This document shows, piece by piece, positions 7,135-14,591 of a stretch of 14,591 bases of DNA (position 1 is its first letter; the number at the start of each line of letters is the position of its first letter). This DNA comes from Thermotogota bacterium. GTDB lineage: Bacteria > Thermotogota > Thermotogae > Petrotogales > Kosmotogaceae. The translations under genes and the position numbers were made by a program. The notes under the pieces are model-generated. The model saw only the letters and a program-made list of their open reading frames with translations, searched no databases and had not been told where the DNA came from. The DNA is taken from NCBI GenBank assembly GCA_034660555.1, contig JAYEJL010000065.1, positions 1 through 14,591 on the forward strand, read 5' to 3'.

Positions 7135-9495
7135 GTGATCTTTGAGGATTTTATTGATAATTGTGAAAACCTTTTTCAAAGCTATGAAGAAGGAAATATT
7201 AAGCCTGCAGAAATAACTGGAGAGATCAAACGATATGCCAGTGTGCTTGATAAGGAGGAACTCAAAGGGTTCAATGAGTTGCATAAATATCTAAGAAGTT
7301 TTTTAGAATACCTGATAGTAATTCCGAAACTTCCTGCTCAGAGGCAGAAAGTACGCATAGAAAACGGGAAGAGAATGATCGATAAGTTGAGGAAACAGTT
7401 CCTGCTGAAAGCCAAAGGCGAACTGCTTCGTTTGAAAAGCGGTAATCTTTCGCTTGAATCGAAGGTTAAATTTGCTAAAAATGTTGGCGAGAGGCGCTCA
7501 AAGATACTCAACAAAATGGGCATTTATACAATCGAGGATCTTCTATGGTGGCTTCCAAGAGATTATGAGGATAGAAGGAAGATTATCCCTCTTTCGTCGA
7601 TAACTCCTGAGAAAAAGTGTACGGTTCAGGTCACATTGCTTAATTATTCAAAGAAAAAGGTAAAGGGATATTCAATAATCACAGCTGTTGTCACCGATGG
7701 ATTTGGTCAGATTTTATTGAAATGGTTCAATCAGGATTATATCCTTGGTCAGCTAAAAAAAGAAAGCGAATATATCGTAACAGGCACAGCTAAGAAAAAT
7801 GCCTTTGGACCATATGAAATGAATTCTCCAGAAATTGAGGAAATAAGCGGTACTTCACCTAGAGAAATTGTTCCTGTTTATAGTACAACCTCTGGAATTT
7901 CACAAAAGATGATGAGAAGGATCTTAAAGAATAATCTAGGAGCAACACAACTTTTTCAGGATACACTTTCAAGAAAACTAAGGGATGAAAAGAATTTGCT
8001 GGATGTTGTTCATGCTATGCAGGGAATACATTATCCTAAAAGCGTTTATGAGATCAGAAAAAGTAGGGAAAGACTGGTTTTTGAAGAGTTCTATCTTTTT
8101 GAAATTGCACTGTTGTTTAACAGAGAAAAATTGAGATTTGATCGTGGTGGTATAAAAAAGAAAATTGAAGGAAAACTTGTTTCATCGTTCTGTGAGAGTC
8201 TGGATTTTGTATTAACCAATGACCAAAAAAAGGCATTTGAAGAGATACGGGCAGACCTTACCTCTGAAAAACCCATGAATCGGTTACTGCAGGGAGATGT
8301 CGGGTCCGGAAAAACAGTTGTAGCAGAAATGGCAATAATAGATAATTTTGAAGCGGGATTTCAAAGTGCATTTATGATTCCCACGTCTGTACTCGCTACA
8401 CAGCACTACGAAAGGCTTGTCAATGAGCTAGAGAATTTTGGTATTAATGTTGAGTTGCTTGTTGGATCTATGAAGAAGAGCGATCAAGATAGGATTAAGA
8501 GACAACTGGCCACAGGAGATATTGATGTGATAGTAGGTACACACGCTTTGATTCAGGAAAATGTTGAATTTAAAGAGCTAGGGTTAGTCATAATAGATGA
8601 ACAACATCGTTTTGGTGTGGAACAGAGGAAAGCTTTGATGAACAAAGGGAATCTAATCGATACACTGGTTATGACTGCCACACCAATACCAAGGACACTA
8701 TCACTTACCGCCTACGGTGATCTGGATGTATCAGTAATCAGGGAAATGCCACCTGGGAGGAAGCCTGTTAAAACAATGTTGATCATTGATAGCAAGCTGA
8801 ACGATGTGCATAGCTTTGTAAGGGAAGAAGTGAATAAAGGCAACCAGGTGTTCTTTATTTATCCATTGATTGAAGAATCTGAAGTTATAGATTTGAAGGC
8901 GGCAACAGAGGAAGCAGAAAAACTAAAGAACGAAATATTTCCTGAAATTCCGCTGGAGTTACTTCACGGGCGTATGACTGAAGAACAAAAAAAGAAAATT
9001 ATGGCAAAATTTAAGAAAAAAGAAATAAAAATACTTGTTTCAACATCAGTAATTGAAGTAGGCATAGACATGCCAAGTGCCACGTTAATGGTAATTGAGC
9101 ATCCTGAAAGATTTGGACTGGCTCAGTTACATCAATTAAGAGGAAGAGTTGGAAGAAGTTCAATTACATCGTACTGTTTTCTGATTATAAACAGGAATCT
9201 TTCAGACGAAACAGTTGAAAGGTTAAGACAATTTGCATTTACAAACGATGGTTTTAAGGTGGCAGAACTTGATCTTACACTGCGTGGACCTGGAGAGTTT
9301 ATGGGTATAAGACAGCATGGCATGCCCGAATTTAAGATAGGAGATATCGTAAAAGATGCAGAAATATTATATAGTGCGCGTTACGAAGCTGAAAAAACAA
9401 TAACAGAGGATCCTAAATTAGAGAAAGACATCAGTTTGAAAAAGGCTGTTAAAGAACGATTTGGAGAACGGATTTCCCTAATAGAGGTCAGTTGA
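7135..9495 (+). CDS. recG: ATP-dependent DNA helicase RecG with Thermotoga-type N-terminal extension, 786 aa
   Basis: PRDYEDRR, wedge KWFNQ, MNRLLQGDVGSGKT, DEQHRFGVEQR, MTATPIPRT, HGRM, VIEVGID, ERFGLAQLHQLRGRVGR, DGFKVAELDLTLRGPGE, GIRQHG; SD AGGAGG at 7120-7125. Confidence 0.98.
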   Translation: MIFEDFIDNCENLFQSYEEGNIKPAEITGEIKRYASVLDKEELKGFNELHKYLRSFLEYLIVIPKLPAQRQKVRIENGKRMIDKLRKQFLLKAKGELLRLKSGNLSLESKVKFAKNVGERRSKILNKMGIYTIEDLLWWLPRDYEDRRKIIPLSSITPEKKCTVQVTLLNYSKKKVKGYSIITAVVTDGFGQILLKWFNQDYILGQLKKESEYIVTGTAKKNAFGPYEMNSPEIEEISGTSPREIVPVYSTTSGISQKMMRRILKNNLGATQLFQDTLSRKLRDEKNLLDVVHAMQGIHYPKSVYEIRKSRERLVFEEFYLFEIALLFNREKLRFDRGGIKKKIEGKLVSSFCESLDFVLTNDQKKAFEEIRADLTSEKPMNRLLQGDVGSGKTVVAEMAIIDNFEAGFQSAFMIPTSVLATQHYERLVNELENFGINVELLVGSMKKSDQDRIKRQLATGDIDVIVGTHALIQENVEFKELGLVIIDEQHRFGVEQRKALMNKGNLIDTLVMTATPIPRTLSLTAYGDLDVSVIREMPPGRKPVKTMLIIDSKLNDVHSFVREEVNKGNQVFFIYPLIEESEVIDLKAATEEAEKLKNEIFPEIPLELLHGRMTEEQKKKIMAKFKKKEIKILVSTSVIEVGIDMPSATLMVIEHPERFGLAQLHQLRGRVGRSSITSYCFLIINRNLSDETVERLRQFAFTNDGFKVAELDLTLRGPGEFMGIRQHGMPEFKIGDIVKDAEILYSARYEAEKTITEDPKLEKDISLKKAVKERFGERISLIEVS

Positions 9496-10055
9496 TGCTA
9501 ACGATAACGGGTGGAACACTTAAAGGAAGGAAAATAGGCACAACATCAAGAAATGTCACAAGATACACACCTAACATTGCAAGAAAGGCACTATTTGATA
9601 TCATTCTTGTGCCAGATAAAATGCTGGATGTGTTTTCTGGTAGTGGAGTAGTGGCCTTTGAAGCATTGAGTCGCGGTACTTCCAATATAATTTGTGTGGA
9701 TAGTTCAAAATTGTCTGCCAGAACAATCTCTAAAAATGCTTCAGAATTGGGCCTTGAAAAAAATATCGAAATCATTTGCAAAGATTTCAGAAGGGCTTTT
9801 GTAGGTATTGAAAAGAGTGGAAAAAGCTTTGATGTTGTTTTTGCTGACCCTCCTTTCAGAAAAAAATATGTAGATGATTTTTTGAAATATTTAATGGCTC
9901 ATAATGGATTTTTAACTACCAATACCATCGTCATTGTTGAAACTTCAGAAGAGGATGCGATATCGCTAAAGGATAAAATGATTGATGGATTTAGGTTGCT
10001 TGATCAAAGAAAATATGGTGGAGTATTCTTAAATTTCATGAAGGTGATCAGGTGA
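9495..10055 (+). CDS. rsmD: 16S rRNA (guanine(966)-N2)-methyltransferase, RsmD family, 186 aa
   Basis: ITGGTLKGRKI, LDVFSGSG..AFEALSRG, FDVVFADPPF, RKYG. ATG 9495 (TGATG overlap with the recG stop, 6 nt after GAGGT) preferred over TTG 9492. Confidence 0.9.
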   Translation: MLTITGGTLKGRKIGTTSRNVTRYTPNIARKALFDIILVPDKMLDVFSGSGVVAFEALSRGTSNIICVDSSKLSARTISKNASELGLEKNIEIICKDFRRAFVGIEKSGKSFDVVFADPPFRKKYVDDFLKYLMAHNGFLTTNTIVIVETSEEDAISLKDKMIDGFRLLDQRKYGGVFLNFMKVIR

Positions 10056-10543
10056 AGTTTCTTGCAGATAGAATGCTTGGAAGACTGGCAAAAAAACTGC
10101 GAATGCTAGGTATTGATACAATGTATTACAATATAATAGAAGAAGGCGAAATAATCGAAATAGTTGTAAAAGAGAAAAGAGTGTTGCTGACCAGAGATAG
10201 CGAACTCCATTCGAGGTGCATGAAAAAGGGATTGGAAAGTTTTCTTCTCAAATCAAATTACTGGGACTCGCAGTTAAGAGCCGTTTTTCACCGTTTTATA
10301 AATAGATCAGATCAAATCAATTTCTTAACTCGTTGTTCCCATTGTAATAGCCTTCTTGAAAGTGTTTCATACAAAAAGATAAAATATGAAGTTCCTGAAT
10401 ATGTGTTGTTTACAAATGATCAGTTTTTGAAGTGTTATGGTTGTGGGCAGTTATACTGGAAGGGCAGTCATGTTAAGAACATTATAAATACGTTTATTGA
10501 GGTACTCGGAAAAGATTTTCCAGAAGAAAGGATTAAGTACTAG
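10052..10543 (+). CDS. Mut7-C RNase domain protein (PIN-like fold with zinc ribbon; DUF82 family), 163 aa
   Basis: FLADRMLGRLAKKLRMLGIDT, RVLLTRD, RCSHCN...VP...FLKCYGCGQLYWKGSH; GTGA overlap with the rsmD stop. Confidence 0.9.
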   Translation: MKFLADRMLGRLAKKLRMLGIDTMYYNIIEEGEIIEIVVKEKRVLLTRDSELHSRCMKKGLESFLLKSNYWDSQLRAVFHRFINRSDQINFLTRCSHCNSLLESVSYKKIKYEVPEYVLFTNDQFLKCYGCGQLYWKGSHVKNIINTFIEVLGKDFPEERIKY

Positions 10544-10580
10544 AAGAATTATATGATAATTACAAAAAGAGGTAATGCAT

Positions 10581-13271
10581 ATGTATATCGCAAAATCTCT
10601 CATTAACCATCAGAGAGAAGAACTAAGAAAAGCGATTTATGATATAAGAACAATCAGTCCTGATTGTAGTGTCTTTCTGCTAGAGGAATATAGAAGGCGT
10701 TTGAGTGAATACTTACCTTTAAAGAATAAACCATACAAAATGAAAGAAAAGGAAACTAAAAGGTTGTTGGGACTAAAAACTGATGGTTATATTGAAAAAA
10801 TCAGGACCAATATAGAGGATAGAGAAATAATCAAAGATGGCTACGTATTTCCTCTTGTGTATAAGGATAACCTGGTTGGTATATGTATACACTGGGGAAA
10901 AAAAGAAATCAATAACAACATTAAGATAAGGCTTGATGATATTGGAAGAAAAATCTCACTTTTGAAAAATCTTTCTGAAGGTTATGAAGCGATCAGACAA
11001 CTTGATCTATTGAAGCAATTAACCGAAGTCCTTGAAACAGAAAGCAACATGGAACAGTTAATTCAAAACACCATGGAGCTTACAAGAAAAATAATGCGTG
11101 TAAGGTACTTCGCTTTTTATAGTCTTAAAGAACATGAACTAACTCTCAAAAAAGCGGTAAATGCCAATGATATTTTCAGCGAAAGCCTTTTTTTTGATGA
11201 TCTTCCAGGAAGAATTTGCAGCGGTGGATACTTTCTTTCTTCTGCCAATAAAGATCTGGTTGATTATTTATTTCAGGATAGGGAGAAAGTTCGTTCCTTT
11301 GTTGCAGCGCCTTTCAATGTAAATAACAATCTTGAAGGATTTTTCGTTGCGGCTGAAAGAAGTAGTGGCATAGAAGAAGAGTTCAGAGTACACAACCATC
11401 TGGATGAAAAGGATTTTGAAACACTTGATGATGTTCTTACCAGACTTTCTATAGCTGTAAACCGCATAAGATTGACAAAACAGCTTGAGAAGGAAGTAGA
11501 AAAACTCAGTAAACTGAAGGAAAGTAATGAGAACTTAATCGAATTTCAAAGGAATCAACTATTCAGACTGAACATTTTGCATAAAATCAGTCAGGCTTTA
11601 CGTCGAAGCCTTGATAGGGAGAAAATCATAAGAATGATCCTTATATCAATGACCAGTCCCTCAGGTTTAGGTTTTAACAAAGCTGTGTTTTTAAAACTTG
11701 AAGAAAAAACCATGTCATTTATTCCCGAGTATGCAGTTACTTCAGAATTTGAGCGGAAAATAGAAGATGAATATCCAGTATTTGGAGACTTTTCACAATA
11801 TCTTATTGAAGTGTCAGAGAGAGAATTAGAAAAATTTGAAGAATTAGATCAGAGGATATTTTACAGTGGGAATCCACTTCTTGAAAGAGTTGTTCTCAGA
11901 AAAAGAATGCTTCATGTAACTAGGCGACTAAAACAAATGAGAAATGACGAGCTTTTTCAAATAGAAAGAATTACCGATAGCGATGAATACGTTATTTTAC
12001 CACTTTCGGGAGAAAGGGGTGTTGAAGGACTGCTTCTTCTGGAACCTAAAGCTAAAGAAGTAGATCTTTCAAGTTCAGAACTCCAGCTATTAGAGTTATT
12101 ATCTGATAGTGTGGACATTTCTCTTGAGCTATCAGAAAGGTATCAGCGAATTCTTGATATATCGAGTTCGCTCCAAAAAGAGAGGAATATTTCAAATTAC
12201 TATAGATACTTTGCAGAGAATATCATTCAATCGCTGGATGCATCAATTACTGTTGTCGATAAAGAGATGACCATAACTGAGTGCAACAGAAGATGTGAAC
12301 AACTTTTGGAAGAAGACAGAAAGGATTTAGTTGGCAAGCATATTGAAAATTACGGTGATAAACTTGGGGATATTATTCCACTTACCAGTGATGTTATTAA
12401 CTCAGGAGAAAGAGTAACCCTCTCAGATCATACATTGGACTATTTTGACGAAAGAGTTTTTGACATAAGAGTGGTCCCTTTGATACGATATGGAAATAAC
12501 ATAATAGATGGAGCTGTAATTGCACTCAACGATGTGACGAGAAGATACTACCTTGAAACGGACCTAAAGAAAAGAGAAAAACTGGCTGCCCTTGGTGAAA
12601 TGTCAGCAAAGGTTGCACATGAAATCAGAAATCCCATAGCGGTTATTGGTGGTCTTGTAGAAAGACTATCAAAGGTGAAAGATACAGAAAAGGTAAGAAA
12701 ATACAGCGAAATCTTGCGAAAAGAGATAAAAAGGCTGGAAGGAATAGCCAACGAAATACTGGGTTATTCCAGAAAGCCTAAAAAAGAAGAATACAAAACT
12801 ACTGATGTTTACAAGCTTTGTAAAGAAGTAATGGAGGAGTATAGAGATCAAGCAGCCAAGAAAAATGTCTTGCTGAATCTTCAAGGGGATTCAGAAATTT
12901 ATTTCTATGGCAACAAAGATAGAATGAGACAGGTTATAATAAATCTTGTACAGAATAGTATTGAAGCCTCGGAACCTGGAGGCGACGTTAGAATTCTGGT
13001 AAGTAAGAATAATGGAATGGCTCAAATAGAGTTTATTAATTCAGGAAAAAAGATTCCCGGTGAAATTTCAAAAAGAATTTTTGAGCCGTTTTTCACTACA
13101 AAAAGTTTTGGTACGGGACTTGGTCTTTCCGTGTGCAAAACCATTGTAGAAGATCACGGTGGAAATATTGATGTAGATAGCAACGATAAGAGGACCAGAT
13201 TTACAGTCAGTTTACCGTTGGGAGGTTTGAATAATGAAAAAGAAAAACTTAGTAAAAATACTGATCGTTGA
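10581..13271 (+). CDS. Cytoplasmic GAF/GAF/PAS sensor histidine kinase (ThkA-like), ~896 aa
   Basis: GAF-like motifs (RSFVAAPF..EGFFVA; YVILPL..VEGLLLL), PAS (IIQSLDASITVVDKE..CN..DVT), H-box AHEIRNP, N-box QVIINLVQNSIEA, F-box IFEPFFTTK, G2 GTGLGL; no transmembrane segment. ATG 10581 is 7 nt after GAGGT, whereas ATG 10575 is only 1 nt after it. Confidence 0.93.
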   Translation: MYIAKSLINHQREELRKAIYDIRTISPDCSVFLLEEYRRRLSEYLPLKNKPYKMKEKETKRLLGLKTDGYIEKIRTNIEDREIIKDGYVFPLVYKDNLVGICIHWGKKEINNNIKIRLDDIGRKISLLKNLSEGYEAIRQLDLLKQLTEVLETESNMEQLIQNTMELTRKIMRVRYFAFYSLKEHELTLKKAVNANDIFSESLFFDDLPGRICSGGYFLSSANKDLVDYLFQDREKVRSFVAAPFNVNNNLEGFFVAAERSSGIEEEFRVHNHLDEKDFETLDDVLTRLSIAVNRIRLTKQLEKEVEKLSKLKESNENLIEFQRNQLFRLNILHKISQALRRSLDREKIIRMILISMTSPSGLGFNKAVFLKLEEKTMSFIPEYAVTSEFERKIEDEYPVFGDFSQYLIEVSERELEKFEELDQRIFYSGNPLLERVVLRKRMLHVTRRLKQMRNDELFQIERITDSDEYVILPLSGERGVEGLLLLEPKAKEVDLSSSELQLLELLSDSVDISLELSERYQRILDISSSLQKERNISNYYRYFAENIIQSLDASITVVDKEMTITECNRRCEQLLEEDRKDLVGKHIENYGDKLGDIIPLTSDVINSGERVTLSDHTLDYFDERVFDIRVVPLIRYGNNIIDGAVIALNDVTRRYYLETDLKKREKLAALGEMSAKVAHEIRNPIAVIGGLVERLSKVKDTEKVRKYSEILRKEIKRLEGIANEILGYSRKPKKEEYKTTDVYKLCKEVMEEYRDQAAKKNVLLNLQGDSEIYFYGNKDRMRQVIINLVQNSIEASEPGGDVRILVSKNNGMAQIEFINSGKKIPGEISKRIFEPFFTTKSFGTGLGLSVCKTIVEDHGGNIDVDSNDKRTRFTVSLPLGGLNNEKEKLSKNTDR

Positions 13272-13599
13272 CGATGAAGAGAATATGCGTTTTTTGTTGA
13301 AAGAAGAATTAGAAGAAGAGGGTTACATTGTTTATGATGCTGCTTCTGGCGAGGAAGCATTAAAGATATTTAATAATAATGAGATTGACGTTGCAACTAT
13401 TGATATCGAAATGCCAGGTATGGATGGACGAGAACTGGCTGGTAAGCTAAGAAAAGAGCAACCTGAGATTAAAATACTCTTTTTGACTGCATACAGTCAT
13501 TACCGGCATGATTTATCTTCATGGGCAGCGGATGAATACATTGTAAAATCTGCTGATCTCAATGAATTGAAAAATAAAATCAAGAAGTTGTTGAAATAG
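13234..13599 (+). CDS. Single-domain response regulator (receiver only; TrrA-like), 121 aa
   Basis: ILIVDDE, phosphoacceptor region [19 protein letters not shown]; no output domain; overlaps the kinase 3' end by 38 nt; SD GGAGGT at 13221-13226. Confidence 0.95.
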   Translation: MKKKNLVKILIVDDEENMRFLLKEELEEEGYIVYDAASGEEALKIFNNNEIDVATIDIEMPGMDGRELAGKLRKEQPEIKILFLTAYSHYRHDLSSWAADEYIVKSADLNELKNKIKKLLK

Positions 13600-13612
13600 C
13601 GGAGGTGTAACA

Positions 13613-14591
13613 ATGGATTATAAGGACACACTAAATCTTCCTGACAGATCCTTTCCAATGAAAGCTAATCTCGTAAACAAAGAGCCAGAACAGCTCAAAA
13701 AGTGGAAAAAGGAAGACCTTTACAAATATGTGCAAAAACAAAGAGAGGGAGCGCCTCTTTATGTGCTACATGATGGTCCGCCTTATGCCAATGGAAATAT
13801 TCATGTAGGGACAGCGTTAAACAAAATACTGAAGGATATTATCGTAAAATACAAAACCATGAAAGGATACAATGCACCTTATATCCCGGGCTGGGATATG
13901 CATGGTTTACCTATAGAGCACAAGGTTACCTCGCAAATTGATAATTCTGAGAATGTATCAAAACTTGATATCCGGAAGAAATGTAGAAAATATGCTGAAA
14001 AATTCTTCAATATTCAGAGAGAACAGTTTAAAAGACTGGGAGTAAGAGGAGATTGGGAAAACCCTTATCTAACCTACGACTTCAGCTATGAGTCAAGTGT
14101 TATGAAAGTATTTTCAGAATTAGTTAAGAAAGGTTATGTGTACAGAAAAAGAAAACCAATCTACTGGTGTACTCACTGTGAAACAGCACTGGCTGAAGCA
14201 GAGGTAGAATATCATGACCATACTTCTCATTCTATATATGTAAAATTTCAGGACAATAATGATCCTAAAAGATTTTTCATTATATGGACCACGACACCCT
14301 GGACATTACCAGCCAACGTGGCTATTGCCCTTCATCCTGACTATGAATATGTTGAAATTCAGGTTGAAGATGAACGCTGGGTACTTGCAAAGGAACTACT
14401 GGATACAGCGACGAGGGAAATGGGAATAGATGACTATAAAATTATTGATCAGAAAAAGGGTGCTAAGTATGAAGGGATGAAGGCAAAGCATCCGCTTATG
14501 GATAGATTGTCAGAAATAGTATTGGCTAACTATGTGGCACTTGATGCGGGAACGGGTTGTGTCCACACCGCGCCCGGACATGGTGAAGAAG
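13613..14591 (+). CDS. ileS: Isoleucine--tRNA ligase (type 1), 5' part, truncated by the window end (absent from the ORF track)
   Basis: Hand translation [98 protein letters not shown] at 13601-13607. Confidence 0.98.
   Translation, partial: MDYKDTLNLPDRSFPMKANLVNKEPEQLKKWKKEDLYKYVQKQREGAPLYVLHDGPPYANGNIHVGTALNKILKDIIVKYKTMKGYNAPYIPGWDMHGLPIEHKVTSQIDNSENVSKLDIRKKCRKYAEKFFNIQREQFKRLGVRGDWENPYLTYDFSYESSVMKVFSELVKKGYVYRKRKPIYWCTHCETALAEAEVEYHDHTSHSIYVKFQDNNDPKRFFIIWTTTPWTLPANVAIALHPDYEYVEIQVEDERWVLAKELLDTATREMGIDDYKIIDQKKGAKYEGMKAKHPLMDRLSEIVLANYVALDAGTGCVHTAPGHGEE

Noticed and set aside
9695..9703. TGTGGATAG, a near-consensus DnaA box
   Set aside because: Isolated, inside rsmD coding sequence (CVDS codons).
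6456..9781. Short minus-strand ORFs overlapping hpt, the small ORF, recG and rsmD
   Set aside because: Antisense shadows without recognisable domains.
10052..10543. VapBC-type toxin-antitoxin module
   Set aside because: No antitoxin gene; the protein has the Mut7-C zinc-ribbon architecture and sits in a housekeeping operon.
11273..13360. Short minus-strand ORFs within the kinase and regulator
   Set aside because: Antisense shadows.
13802..13813. HVGT instead of HIGH in IleRS as a mupirocin-resistance or inactivation sign
   Set aside because: HxGT-type variants are common in type 1 IleRS; the surrounding sequence is ordinary and there is no mobile context.

Overview
AT-rich housekeeping region of a Thermotogota bacterium; several proteins closely resemble Thermotoga maritima sequences as I recall them. 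Three blocks. (1) A + strand operon: class-V aminotransferase, a SerA-like 2-hydroxyacid dehydrogenase without an ACT domain, and a 59-aa [4Fe-4S] ferredoxin missed by the ORF track, closed by an intrinsic terminator. (2) A stand-alone dnaA (no dnaN, no DnaA-box cluster) convergent with a - strand trmB-gpsA pair. (3) A tightly packed + strand run: hpt, a small pilin-like ORF, recG, rsmD, a Mut7-C RNase-domain gene, a soluble GAF/PAS histidine kinase, a single-domain response regulator (ThkA/TrrA-like) and 5' ileS (truncated by the window, missed by the ORF track). I see no mobile element, CRISPR array, rRNA or tRNA, and no clear-cut novel multi-gene system. The best leads are small-scale: a 9-codon upstream ORF covering the dnaA ribosome-binding site, a near-perfect internal start site at the TrmB domain boundary, a bidirectional promoter sharing one -10 element, and an orphan pseudopilin-like gene between hpt and recG.
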